Shown: in pieces, positions 13,179-25,365 of the stretch
Layout of the letters: each line of letters starts with the position of its first letter
How positions within the stretch are numbered: the stretch's first letter is position 1
Assembly: GCA_964016885.1 (NCBI GenBank)
Contig: OZ024750.1
Location: 39,866,001-39,930,000, forward strand
DNA length: 64,000 nt
Source of the DNA: Eledone cirrhosa
Taxonomy: Eukaryota
Direction of reading: 5' to 3'
Made by a program: the position numbers and the translations under genes
The notes under the pieces: generated by a model
What the model was told of the DNA's origin: nothing
What the model saw: the letters and a program-made list of their open reading frames with translations, nothing else
The model's database searches: none

Positions 13179-13378
13179 NNNNNNNNNNNNNNNNNNNNNN
13201 NNNNNNNNNNNNNNNNNNNNNNNNNNNNNNNNNNNNNNNNNNNNNNNNNNNNNNNNNNNNNNNNNNNNNNNNNNNNNNNNNNNNNNNNNNNNNNNNNNNN
13301 NNNNNNNNNNNNNNNNNNNNNNNNNNNNNNNNNNNNNNNNNNNNNNNNNNNNNNNNNNNNNNNNNNNNNNNNNNNNNN
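13179..13378. other. Assembly gap (200 N)
   Basis: Run of N. Confidence 1.
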
Positions 13379-14057
13379 TATACTAGACAGATCACCGTAC
13401 GTTGGCGTGCTATATTCTTGTAAATAACTTTTACCAATATATTCATACAGCAGCATAATTCTTTGTAATTTTGGCAGGATTCTTTTGTGTTTTTGTGCTG
13501 CTTATCAAGTCTCTATCTCTATCTCTATCTATACACATAATTTTACAATTTAGTCCCTATAAAAGATAATTATTGCTGGAAATCTTTTCAGATAATTTTA
13601 CAAAAAAATCCAAAAATCAGTGATTTTTAAAAGATAAACTTTTAAAGAATTAATTTAATATCTATCCTTCAATATTTATTTAATATCTAATATATTTCAG
13701 TTAGGTGTGTGTGGTGTTATATGGAGTATGGTGCCATCTTGAATTTGTCCCTGTGCTGATATAATGGAGCAGGGGAAAGGCTGTGAACTGTGGGGGGGGG
13801 GGGGGGGAGATAGCATGTATTTCAGTCTAGCTGAAGAATACACATACATATGTGGGAAATAGGACAAATTACTCGCATGTCATTGTGTGTGTAGAATGGA
13901 GGTTGTCCACAGGCTTAATATAGCTCTCTTCTATAGTTCTTTCTTAATATGTTCACAGAATAGTCTACTTGGAAGCAATAAATCAAACCCAGCGATTATT
14001 TGTTATTAAAATTTGACATAAAAATTTAATCATTGGATTATTGATCATTATTGTACA

Positions 14058-14300
14058 CTAGTGAAAGAGCCCGCCGTTGCCCGGCCACCTTTCACCACTG
14101 CAAATAGACCCCCCCCCCCCCTTCTCTCTCTCTCTCCTCAACATGGCCGTCTTTTAATGGCCCCAGAACTCTGCTATTTTAGGGGAGAGAAAGATTTAAA
14201 CTATATGTTGACTTGCCCCGGGAGCTAAATATCCTATGTATCAAATTTGAACAAAATCGGATGGAGACTGGAAAAGCATCGTCTGCATACAAACATCTTC

Positions 14301-14335
<35 letters not shown>
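14058..14335 (-). mobile_element. Non-autonomous Helitron-like element
   Basis: The minus strand starts A|TCTATATA and ends with GC-rich GCCGGGCAACGGCGGGC, a 7-nt spacer, then CTAG|T: 5' TC, 3' CTAG, AT target site. Confidence 0.65.
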
Positions 14336-14346
14336 TATAGATAGAT

Positions 14347-14399
14347 GAGATTCTACAGGACTAGAACTGTTTCATTCTTTAGAAATCATCAGGAATCCC
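14347..14399 (-). ncRNA. Type I hammerhead ribozyme (solitary, closed stem III)
   Basis: Minus strand reads GGGAUUC-CUGAUGA-U-UUC-UAAA-GAA-U-GAA-ACAG-uucuaguc-CUGU-A-GAAUCUC: 7-bp stem I, 4-bp stem III, GUA cleavage. Confidence 0.85.
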
Positions 14400-14414
14400 T
14401 GATATATATATATA

Positions 14415-14587
14415 GTTAAATATTAGACAGGAACAAACAAAAAAACAGAGAGGTAGTACAAATGGTAGTTTATTAGGTTCACATTTTTTAGTGTGTGGGG
14501 GGGGGACGTTTCGGGCATAAGCCCTTCATCAGAAAAGTGGGTAGGAAGATAGTTCCGAGGGTGTGTGGGGGAGTGGTAGAAAGACAT
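14415..14587 (-). mobile_element. Penelope-like pLTR remnant with a minimal hammerhead core (14505-14532)
   Basis: Minus strand CTGATGAAGGGCTTATGCCCGAAACGTC; homologous along its length to 8301-8478. Confidence 0.6.
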
Positions 14588-15039
14588 TAAAAGGTGAGGA
14601 CGGGGCGATTTTTTTTTTTTAGAAGTACAAATAAATAAATATATATATATGGTTTGGTTTGAACATTTTTGTAATGTTTGAAAAGAAAAACTTAAACTTC
14701 ATTATTTTTATATTTTAATTATTATTAAATTCTCCCATTCATGGTACTTGAATTATTAAATTCATCCATTCATCCACCTGTGAATGTTTATGATTGATAT
14801 TTATAATTATTATTTTGCACTTTTTAGTCATATTTTTCTATATCTACCAAGCCTTCCTCTTCCTGCCTAACTAAAGGTTGTTCTTTCTGCCCCCAGTCTA
14901 TTTCTGTATATAATGGATAACTGGTGTGGGGAGTGGGTGTATATAGTGGACAGCTGGTGTGTGTGTGGGGGGGGTGTATATAGTGGACAACTAGTGTAGG
15001 TAAGGGATGGGTGTATATTGTGGACAACTGTTGTGGGGA

Positions 15040-15118
15040 GTGGGTGTATATATACATAGTTGCAGAGGTGTTTAAACTTTGCTGGGGTCACACTGTGGCC
15101 AACTGGTGTATTGAGGGA

Positions 15119-15188
<70 letters not shown>

Positions 15189-15313
15189 GCAGAGGTGCTG
15201 GGGTCACACTATGGTCAACTGGTGTATTGAGGGAGTGTATATATATATATATAGTAGCAGAGGTGTTTAAACTTTGCTGGGGTCACACTATGGCCAACTG
15301 GTGTATTGAGGGA

Positions 15314-15357
<44 letters not shown>

Positions 15358-15500
15358 GCAGAGGTGCTGGGGTCACACTATGGTCAACTGGTGTATTGAG
15401 GGAGTGTATATATATATATATATATATATATAGTAGCAGAGGTGTTTAAACTTTGCTGGGGGCACACTGGCCAACTGGTGTATTGAGGGAGTGTATATTT
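15040..15500. repeat. 5-copy compound tandem repeat with internal variable (TA)n
   Basis: Unit GTAGCAGAGGTG[TTTAAACTTTG]CTGGGGTCACACTATGGYCAACTGGTGTATTGAGGGAGTG(TA)n. Confidence 0.9.
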
Positions 15501-15777
15501 ATATATAACAGCATAGACTGTTGTGTGACCAACAGGTGTATCATTTTTAGTATGTTTGTTTTGATATGTAAAGTTGGTTTGTGAGTGTTACCTGTATGTA
15601 ACTCAATGCAGAGAGTGGGAGATGTGGTGGTGGTGAGAGATAAAGGTATGTTATGGAGTATTGTCATCTTTGTTGTTAATTGTTAAGGGTTCAGACAATA
15701 TTGGTATAACCCTCCAGACAGCATGTTGAACCATTCTTTTTATAATTTATTTCCTTGTGAAAGTTTTTTTGGGTGTT

Positions 15778-15980
15778 GAACCCTTTAACATTTACATTAC
15801 TCTACATTTACTATTGTATTTTCACAGTAAAGGCCTTTATCTTACATAAATATCTCACATAATATCAAATCAATGAGATTTTGATAGCATTTATTTTGAG
15901 AACAATACCTTAACATAAGTATGAGCAGCCAGTTTGAACAGAAAGAGGTTAGAGAATTCTGGCCAGTTTTAAATGATAGG
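15778..15980 (-). mobile_element. Copy of the piggyBac-like MITE family at 18435
   Basis: Matches the reverse complement of 18435-18629 and the copy at 23610. Confidence 0.6.
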
Positions 15981-17562
15981 AAGCCTAACCATGTCATTAA
16001 AAAATTTGGTAACTAGTTCATTTGATGTTGAAAATCTTAGAAAATGTCTAGGCATTACTGACATCTGTTTCTATAAGAATGAAGTTATCTATGTCCCAGA
16101 GATAATGCAGTCCAGAATCCTCTATAGACTTCTTATCTCCAATTAATGCCCCCCCCCTCCCCCTCCCAGCAGTGCAGCTGTGTAGTCACTGTATTTGTGC
16201 TGTGTATTATACACATTGAAAAGTGTTGATGCTCAGTTGCTTTGAATTTAAAATATTTTTACTCCTAGTTATCAAATGTTCTGCACACCTTCACAAGTGT
16301 ATTTTTATTGAAATGATTCACACACATCTAAAATGGCCTGCTGGGTGTATGCTAAAATCTTTAAATAGTTATGTAATGATTACATCAACTTCTATAGCTA
16401 CCAGTTCAGATATTTTATTTGCTAGTTTTCTTGTCAAACCAGTTGTTCACCAAAGGACCTTAATATATATAACTTCCATCCACGGCTCTGTATGGGTGTG
16501 TATTAAAATGTAGCTGTGGTGCAGGATTGGTACTGTAAGTGTATGTCTACAGCAAAATATTTCCTTTTGTCTGCTTGTTTACATGGTCCATTCAGCATAT
16601 TAACTATTCAGCTGCTATTTGCCATGTTATTTTAAAGACAAAATATGTCTCCAAATAATTAAAACTAATATTGAGAATGAAAAGAGATGTTTGTTTACAT
16701 TTAAAAAATGTTTTTGACTCTCACCCAAATCTGTGATAGCACATGAGATAAGCTACACATGACTATTCCTTTTCAGGCTGTTTTACAAAAGTAGGGATTT
16801 AAGTTCCGAAGCTTTTCCCTAAGCCCTGATTAGGAAAACTCTGACTCTGATACTCTAACCTGAGCCCTGATTAAGAGAGATCCTGTGACAGCTAAAAGTG
16901 CAAATTCGATTTACTTTGCTATTGTCTATATTTGATCCTAAGATATAAGTATAAAAGTAAACCAGTTCTTTTTTGTACCCTTTTATGGAAAATATTTCAG
17001 TTTCCTACATAGAACGACGACGTGTGTGTACATGTTTGTGTTTTTCATTCTTGATATCTGTCTAGGCCAGACTAACCCAGTAAAATTAAAGCATGTCTGC
17101 TAACATTTCCCCACCCCAATACCTTAATTCTAGATTTAGTCTTTTGTTCCATTTTTTTGACTGTTTTTTTGTCTGAGCCAATCTCATTATTTTGTTCGTT
17201 TGCCAAGAAATTGGCTTTCTTGCAGAAAACTTAATAAACAGCTAAAAATCATGTGTAAAGCAAGCTATTAATCTGCCTGACGAATGACCTCAAGGTCACT
17301 AGTTCAAATCTTGCTAGTGGATCCAATTTTATCCGACTTCAATCAAAATAAGTACCGGTTCAGTGTTGGTGTGGTTAATATTTGGAAGTATGTTTATTTA
17401 GCTATTAGCATAGATTTCTGGTAATAATTTACTTCCCCTTGAGCCAGCATTCACCGCGGTGAAGGAGAGGGGGTGGCTTCAACCATTGAATCCACAAGTT
17501 GACAATGATCAATGATCGCAGTCATCTAGTGAGTGTGGGAAGTCGTTGGCCAACTGCAATTT

Positions 17563-17987
17563 CAGTGGATTGGCAGTATCGGTAGAGCGTCAAACGTCAT
17601 GCTTTACAACATGGAGTTATGTCCCTTTGCGTTCTGAGTTCAAAAATCCCACCGAGGTTATCTTAGCCTTTCATCCTTATGGAGGGGTGGGGGGGGTCAA
17701 TAAACTAAAGTACCAGTAACATACTGGGGTCAGTTTAATCGACTTCCCACTCCCCAAAATTGGCCATGTACCTAAATCTGGAACCATTATTTCATTCCAA
17801 AAGGCTGTGGATTGGCAGTATTGGTAGTGTCGGATGCCATGCTTTGGCGCATAGAGTTACGGCCCTTGCCATTCTGAGTTCAAATCCCGCTGAGGTTAAC
17901 TTTGCCTTTCATCCTTACGAGGTCGATAAAATAAAATACCAGTAATACACTGGGTAATTGCTGGCCTTGTGCCTAAAGTAGAAACAC
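17563..17987 (+). mobile_element. Two tandem SINE family B copies
   Basis: GTGGATTGGCAGTAT...GAGTTCAAA...GCCTTTCATCCTTA..ATAAA..TACCAGT occurs twice. The second copy is flanked by the direct repeat TTATTTCATTCCAAAAG (TSD). Confidence 0.8.
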
Positions 17988-18229
17988 TTATTTCATTCCA
18001 AAAGCCTAATTGTCCTAATCCAAGTGATTAACTAACTATCCCTATCACTCTACACCATCCTGAGAATAGCTCTGGTATGACTCCATCATGGCAAATCTCT
18101 TCTCATTTTGGCAATAATTTAGATGAAATTCTTATTTTTATAACAATCCAACACTTTTGATACCAAGCTACCTGAAACCACCCTAGTTCTATGATACTAA
18201 ACTGCTTACATTATCTAAAGCATCTAAAG

Positions 18230-18372
18230 CAGGCATTGGAAACCATTTGCAAGTAGTGGGCCAGATAGGGTTTGGCTCATAAGATGGACGACACTACTAA
18301 AAAATTCAAGGCAATTGTGAAATTAAGCGTGCCATTTAGAAAGCCAAACAGGCCATGGTTTGCCCATGACTA
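18230..18372. mobile_element. Degenerate hAT-type MITE
   Basis: Imperfect TIRs CAGGCATTGGAAACC / GGTTTGCCCATGACTA; 8-bp flanks ATCTAAAG / GTCTAAAG. Confidence 0.55.
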
Positions 18373-18434
18373 GTCTAAAGTGTTTGTATTTATCTAAAAA
18401 CTGTCCATAAAAATTTTGTGTAAGAACCTATTAA

Positions 18435-18629
18435 CCCTTCAGCATTTAAACCAGCCATATCTGGGCACAATTCTCTGACCTCTTTCTGTTCAAACCAGCT
18501 GTTCCAGTATTGTTCTCAAAATACATATCAAAATCTCATAATTTCGATATTATGTGAGATAATTATGAGAGAAAAAAGCCTTTACCACAAAATATAATAA
18601 TAAATATAAGTAATGTAAATGCTAAAGAG
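18435..18629. mobile_element. piggyBac-like MITE
   Basis: TTAA|CCCTTCAGCATTTA ... TAAATGCTAAAGAG|TTAA; related ends at 19013, 15778 and 23610. Confidence 0.7.
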
Positions 18630-18703
18630 TTAAATTATGATCTAAACAGCAGCTTGGTAATGAGAAAGTTATATATTACTAGATACTCCAAACTGTTGAT
18701 TAT

Positions 18704-18930
18704 TTGAAAATCTATGGCTCACACCTGCACCGTTCTGACATCATAAGGCGCATGAGGCTTGCATTAGCCGGACATGGGAAACGTCACAATGAATCTGCTG
18801 GAGGAGGTCTTTTCTGGAAACCTGATGAATGTAGACAAGTTGGGAGAGCAACCATCACACTGAAGGATGTTCTTGAAGATGACACTGGGTTGGAAGTAGG
18901 GGAAATTCAAGTGGTAATGCTAGGCTGGAT
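18704..18930 (+). mobile_element. RTE-like LINE ORF C-terminal remnant
   Basis: IYGSHLHRSDIIRRMRLALAGHGKRH...LFWKP...VGRATITLKDVLEDDTGL resembles the 'RRLRLAGH..RH...LLW.P...GRP..T..D.L..DTG' tail of RTE-clade ORFs. Confidence 0.65.
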
Positions 18931-19950
18931 AAGGAACTTCATCATGGCATTGGTAATGGATGTATAGAAGAAATATTCTAACGAAAGGGTTAAATTGTTT
19001 CCATATGTCGGCTTAACCCTATGGCATTTAAACTGGCCGTATCTGGCCAGAATGTTCTTACCTCTTTCAGAATTTTCTTTAAGGCTTATATTTATCAGTA
19101 TAACTCTGGATATATTAACGATCTTATCAAACCTCATCAATGAAAGTCTGGTTGAACAAAAATTCCTTGGAATAACTAGAGCAGTGATTCCTAGAATATT
19201 GTTGTGAAACCCTTAAAGGATTTTCTAAAGATTGTGGGATCTATCTTTACTGTACATATTTGTGTATAAGAAGCACCGTTTTCCAAGAAAATAAAAAAAA
19301 AAAAACATGTAAAAACCAGCATACGACTTATATATCAAGCACTGATCTAAAATGTTGTATGTAAAATAGGGAGTGTGACTCTTATATCACTATATATGGT
19401 ATATTTTACAGGCATTGTCCACCCACTTAATTTTAGTAATTAAACAAAAACAGCTCAATTCATTTTGACATTTATCATTGATTTCTTCTTAATATGTACA
19501 CTCTGCCTCTGCATTGAGTGCTCATATTGGTACTACCACCAGTATTTCACATACACTCTGTGTGTGTGTGTGAATGAACACTAAACTAAAAATATTGACT
19601 GGAGAAGAAAATTAGCCAGCAATGCCTCAAGCATGAAAGGTTTGACTCATTTTAAATGTTACTTTTAACGACATAATTTAAATCTATTTAAATCTTTACT
19701 ATAAGTTTAGTTCATAAAATGACTGCAAGGAGACTTTTAAGTTTTCAAAACATTTCATTTTGTTTCGTTTGTATTTTAAAACAATATTTTGTCAATGTTT
19801 AGTGAAGGAGAGAAAGGGCAGTGATTGTGACCCTTTTTAGAGCTTACAAGACTGCTGGGAGGGAGGTAAGAAGATATAGTCTAAATTCTTGCTGAAGAGA
19901 CAAAAAGACAAAAACAGATAATGTGGTGATACATTGGGTAACAGTTTGCC

Positions 19951-19981
<31 letters not shown>

Positions 19982-20029
19982 ACACCTTAGGCTACAGTGG
20001 GATTTGTACTCAGAATACAGAGAACCAGA

Positions 20030-20230
20030 ACAAATACCACAAGGCATCTCGTCCAAGACTAACAATTTCACCAATCTACTACTGCTCTGGACTGGTACTT
20101 TATTTTATCAAGCCTGAAACTGAAAGGCAAAGTTGACCTCTGCAGGATTTGAACTCAGAGCTCAAGGCTTGAACAAATACTGAATACTGCAAGTCTTTTT
20201 TCCATTGCTCAAACAACTGCCAATTCACAC
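20030..20230 (-). mobile_element. SINE family B, decayed
   Basis: ACTGGTACTTTATTTTATC...TGAAAGGCAAAGTTGACCTC...GGATTTGAACTCAG. Confidence 0.7.
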
Positions 20231-20960
20231 TAGGAACTATTTTCCTGGGTGATCTTCAGAGGTATATGATTTTAATAGTAAAAGTGTTTTATTTTTCTTA
20301 GATTCAATGTAGGAATATATTTTTAAAAGGGTGGGGGTGGGGAAGTTGATTGTGATATGCAAACACATTTTATTTAAATTTATCATCAACACTTGTGTGT
20401 TGGTTGTCTATGATATGTGTAATGTTTTTTGTAATAGTTTGGCTTGAGCATTCCTGCAAATAATTTTACATAACAGGACTGGGTCTCCTATCATTAAAAC
20501 ATCCAAGAAACCTCCCATAAGATGCAACTTCATAGCAGGACAGCTAAATAAATCTATACGTAGGTGTGAGCCATATCAACAACAACAAATAATTTTACAG
20601 TTGTATAATCTAAATAAGTGAGGAGTTATCTATTTTCAGCTTGCTTAAATGGGTGAGTAATGTTAAGACATTGCTAAATTGGATCATAGTGATGACTAGC
20701 TGGGTTTGAACTCTTGACATAGCTTGACCTGTTGTAGCCTTTTACCCTATCATTTGTGCTGCACCTAATAAATTGCTGGAGAATGTGAAGGGGAAAAGTT
20801 TTCAGAAATATTAGATTTATGTCCTGACAATAAAATGTTAACTCTTTTGATACCACACTGGTCAAAAGCCCTGGCTTTATCATATAAAACTATTCTAATT
20901 CTTTTATCATATTTCCAGTGAAATTGAGGAATTTTGAACGAGTTACAAAAATTATATTAT

Positions 20961-22090
20961 ATTACTAAGACACTAACAGATTAATGATTTCATTACTAAG
21001 ACAGTAACAGATTATTAACTTCATTACTAAGACAGTAACAGATTAATAATTTCATTACTAAGACAGTAACAGATTAATAATTTCATTACTAAGACAGTAA
21101 CAGATTAATAATTTCATTACTAAGACAGTAACAGATTATTAATTTCATTACTAAGACAGTAACAGATTAATAACTTCATTACTAAGACAGTAACAGATTA
21201 ATAACTTCATTACTAAGACAGTAACAGATTAATAACTTCATTACTAAGACAGTAACAGATTAATAACTTCATTACTAAGACAGTAACAGATTAATAACTT
21301 CATTACTAAGACAGTAACAGATTAATAACTTCATTACTAAGACAGTAACAGATTAATAACTTCATTACTAAGACAGTAACAGATTAATAACTTCATTACT
21401 AAGATAGTAACAGATTAATAATTTCATTACTAAGACAGTAACAGATTAATAACTTCATTACTAAGACAGTAACAGATTAATAACTTCATTACTAAGACAG
21501 TAACAGATTAATAATTTCATTACTAAGACAGTAACAGATTAATAACTTCATTACTAAGACAGTAACAGATTAATAACTTCATTACTAAGACAGTAACAGA
21601 TTAATAATTTCATTACTAAGACAGTAACAGATTAATAATTTCATTACTAAGACAGTAACAGATTAATAATTTCATTACTAAGACAGTAACAGATTAATAA
21701 CTTCATTACTAAGACAGTAACAGATTAATAATTTCATTACTAAGACAGTAACAGATTAATAATTTCATTACTAAGACAGTAACAGATTAATAACTTCATT
21801 ACTAAGACAGTAACAGATTAATAACTTCATTACTAAGACAGTAACAGATTAATAATTTCATTACTAAGACAGTAACAGATTAATAATTTCATTACTAAGA
21901 CAGTAACAGATTAATAATTTCATTACTAAGACAGTAACAGATTAATAACTTCATTACTAAGACAGTAACAGATTAATAACTTCATTACTAAGATAGTAAC
22001 AGATTAATAACTTCATTACTAAGACAGTAACAGATTAATAATTTCATTACTAAGACAGTAACAGATTAATAACTTCATTACTAAGATAGT
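20961..22090. repeat. 31-bp minisatellite, ~36 copies
   Basis: Unit CATTACTAAGACAGTAACAGATTAATAAYTT. Confidence 0.97.
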
Positions 22091-23243
22091 GATTTAACAT
22101 AAGATTTTATAATTAAAGGTTGTGTCAAAGGCATGGCAACACCTGAGAACACAATGGAATGTGAGAGCATACAAGTGAGACACCTGTTGCTGAATATTGT
22201 CTCATTTATACAAATATAAAATGAGACTGAATCATCTTCAGTTATCTGCTGTTTAAATACAGGATGTTTCAAAAAGAATCATCAGAGTACTGAGTGACAT
22301 ATTTGACTATCATATAGATGTATACAGTGTGTCCAGAGAAGGGCAAATTGGGGCATTTGTAAACATTGTAAACAAAACTTTATATATATTCAGACATGTA
22401 TCGTACAAGTTACCACATGCTTATCTGGCCCAAACCGGCTCTGGTTCTATGAAACAATATCACCCATTTTAAAGGTTTCCAATTAAAATTAAAGATCTTC
22501 CAACATAATTTTATATAAGAACCTTACATTCAGTTATTATCTTAATAATGAAATAATTAATAATTTTAGTATATCCATCGAAATTCTACATTAATTAATT
22601 AAAATAGTGTATTTCATTAGAAATGTGGTCATTAAAGTATCTCCTATGTCGGGAAGTAGACTATATTAGTGTTATATAACAAGTAAAAAGTATATTTTAC
22701 CTATGTATGCTATTCCTATACTCATGATTCTTAGTATATTAGTAGTATATACAAGTAGAAAAAAGGTCTTTTATTGTAAGAAAATCTTTGAGTTCTTTCT
22801 CAACTGTTGAGTGGCAGTGCTGTTTTTTGGTTAATTTACTATGACAGGCCAAAATCTATGTCATTATGATGATGTCACATGATAAAACTAGATCAGCTGT
22901 ATGTTTGTCATTAAAAGATAAGAGAAGGGGGAGAGGTAGGTTCTAGATTCCATTCTAGATGATATATCTCAGCTGTATCAGCCATTGCATTTCACAGAGC
23001 TCATCCCTCAGGTGAAATATACTCCTCTCAATTTTTGCAGAGGAAAACAGCAGTTCGGGGACCAACAATTGAAGTTCCAGTATTTGGCTGTCTTCCTCTC
23101 CCTGGGTTACGTGTGGCAGTGCCCAGATTTGTGGCCAAAACGACAAGTTTTCAAGAAAATTGTTAAAAATAAATTAAGACGATTCCATCAAATTTGCTTT
23201 ATTCACTTTGTCATGACCTGTGCTTCACAAACTAGAAACTAAA

Positions 23244-23251
23244 ATGTACCG
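23244..23251 (+). CDS. inx: Probable first coding exon portion of the innexin (ATG TAC CG)
   Basis: AAA-ATG-TAC-CG|GTAATG donor. Phase 2 matches the next acceptor (CG+G = Arg, giving MYRIGSILGGF...). In-frame TGA upstream at 23214. Inferred; no transcript evidence. Confidence 0.5.
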
Positions 23252-23609
23252 GTAATGTCTTGGATACACAAGGGGTGGAAAGTAAAAGATATACAAATAG
23301 GATTTTAACACTGAGAAAGTTTAAACCAAAGTTAATATTCTAGTGTCTTGAGTGACTTCTTTTTTATTGATGAAATAATGAAATAGTTCTAATTATAACC
23401 CCCCCCCCCCCCCCCCCCCCCCACACACACACATACAACAAACACTACATACCATTATTTTCTCAGGTATTTAATACCGAATTTAACCTTCAGTTTCGAG
23501 ATTTTCACAACTGGTCTGGGAAATAAAAAAAAATGTATTGTTCTGTGGTGGAGATTGTTTTATCTTCTGTAACTTTGTCATATTTATGAGGTTATATCAA
23601 TAACTACTT

Positions 23610-23790
23610 TTAACCCTTTAGTATTTACATTACTCTATATTTACTACTGTATTTTTGCAGTAAAGGCTTTATCTTACACAATTATTTCGCATAATATAAA
23701 ATCTATGACATTTCGAGAACAATACCTTAACATCAGTATGAGTGGCCGGTTTGAACAGAAAAGAGTGAAAGAATTCTGGCTATGTTGAAA
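23610..23790 (-). mobile_element. piggyBac-like MITE family copy
   Basis: TTAACCCTTTAGTATTTACATTAC..., similar to 15778 and to the reverse of the 18629 end. Confidence 0.6.
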
Positions 23791-23971
23791 AATGTCATAA
23801 CCATGCCAAAATTCTGTAATATAAAATAAAAATTAATTTTATTCTGTTCTAAGTGTATTTTTATCTGTATCCATTTTTACTAGTAATAAGAGCACATCTT
23901 TATAAAAATAAACAGCATTGTATAATTCTCTAATTAATTATACCTTTATGGTCATTTAATATTTCTGTGAA

Positions 23972-24070
23972 GTTGCTTGGCCGAGTGGTTAGGGTGTTGG
24001 ACTCTTAATCATAAGTTTGTGGGTTTGATTCTTCAGGCAGGTCACATGTTTTATTTCATGTTGCTCTTTC
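23972..24070 (+). mobile_element. Decayed tRNA-SINE family A head
   Basis: TGGCCGAGTGG A box, GGTTTGATTC B box. Confidence 0.6.
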
Positions 24071-24412
24071 TGCCAGATAGTACCAGCAACGTTAAGACCA
24101 ATAGAATTTGATTTGATTATCAGCTCCTTTCCTTTTTGTTTGTAAATATTTATTTTGTATTATTATTTAACTCTTAACATCCTGCTAAGATTTAGCAGAA
24201 AAATCTACAAACATATTATCATTACTAGTGGACTGATTGTGAAAATTAGTAGTATTAGAGTAAAGACTGCATTTTTAATGTGGTGTCATAGTGTTGTTTT
24301 GTACTTTTATGAATGGCTTGCTAATGTGGTTTCGGGTGGTACAGGATGTTGAGAGTTAAAGTGTGATGTTGATATTAGTTGAAATCTAGATTGAATACTT
24401 TATAAACTGTAT

Positions 24413-24600
24413 TATATAGAACAGAGGTTCTCAAACTTTTGGGGCCACTGTTCCCAACAGTGGCCCCAAAAGTTTGAGAACCTCTGTTCTATATATATGT
24501 ATCATGTGATATACTATTACATCATCTCTACTCACCCCCGTAGGCCCTAGTGCTCCACAGAGGAACAGTAATGCCCACTTTGAGAACCTCTGATATAGAG
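24413..24600. mobile_element. hAT-type MITE (24422-24592) with a foldback of its left end (40-bp-arm palindrome, 24413-24495)
   Basis: TIRs CAGAGGTTCTCAAA / TTTGAGAACCTCTG; 8-bp flanks ATATAGAA / ATATAGAG. Confidence 0.75.
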
Positions 24601-24640
24601 CCACAACCATAGTTAATATTTTATTTTTTATTTGTTTCAG

Positions 24641-24989
24641 GATTGGATCAATACTTGGTGGGTTTATGTCATGGTCGAGACTGCGAGGCAGTACCAATGA
24701 TGATTGGGGTGATCGACTGAACCACTTATGGACGGTTTTTCTACTGGTTCTCTTTGCCATCGTAGTCACGACAACACAATATGTAGGTGACCCAATTCAT
24801 TGTTGGGCCCCAGCAGAGTTTCCTGGACATTATGTGGACTATGTGAAATCCTACTGCTGGATATCAAACACCTATTACATATCGATGAATGATGTCATAC
24901 CTGTAGACATCAATACTCGAACAGATGCTGAGATTACTTACTACCAGTGGACACCGTTGATTTTACTATTTATGGCATTTCTTTTTAAG
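24641..24989 (+). CDS. inx: Innexin (invertebrate gap-junction/hemichannel protein), N-terminal coding exon
   Basis: Acceptor tttgtttcag|G, donor AAG|gtaaga. Encodes DDWGDRLNH, TM1, QYVGDPIHCW, YCWISNTYY and the innexin signature YYQW with TM2. Confidence 0.96.
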
Positions 24990-25365
24990 GTAAGATAAGA
25001 TACTTTATTTCTTTGGCTTTCAGTCATTAGACTGTGGCCATGCTGGGGCACTGCCATGATTTAGTTGATCATATTGACCCCCCACTACTTACTTTTTCAA
25101 ATCTTACACTTATTTTACTGCTTTTTTTTTTTTTTGTTGAACTGATGTAGGCACTAGAGGACATACACATATATCATCATCATCATCATCATTTATGTTA
25201 GTTTTCCGGCTAGTTAAGTATATATATATATCAAGCATGGGTAAACGGTCGTAAAAACATTATAACCAATCAAGTGTAGAAAAACAGATGTTAAATGATT
25301 CTGATGATGATGATGATATATATTCTGTCTACTAAATTGCACTCACAAGACTTAGATCAAGCTGA

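Noticed and set aside
13381-13412. Possible second Helitron 3' end (minus strand ...GTGATCTGTCTAGT)
   Set aside because: Weak hairpin, adjacent to the gap, and no clear 5' end
13825-13866. CTGAAGA...CACAT/ATGTG...GAAA possible hammerhead
   Set aside because: No stem III or NUH site and no properly placed stem I
20961-22090. 31-bp repeat as a CRISPR array
   Set aside because: Contiguous units without spacers; ordinary minisatellite
22985-23242. 85-aa ORF upstream of the innexin
   Set aside because: Non-ATG start and no recognisable motif; more likely promoter or 5' UTR sequence
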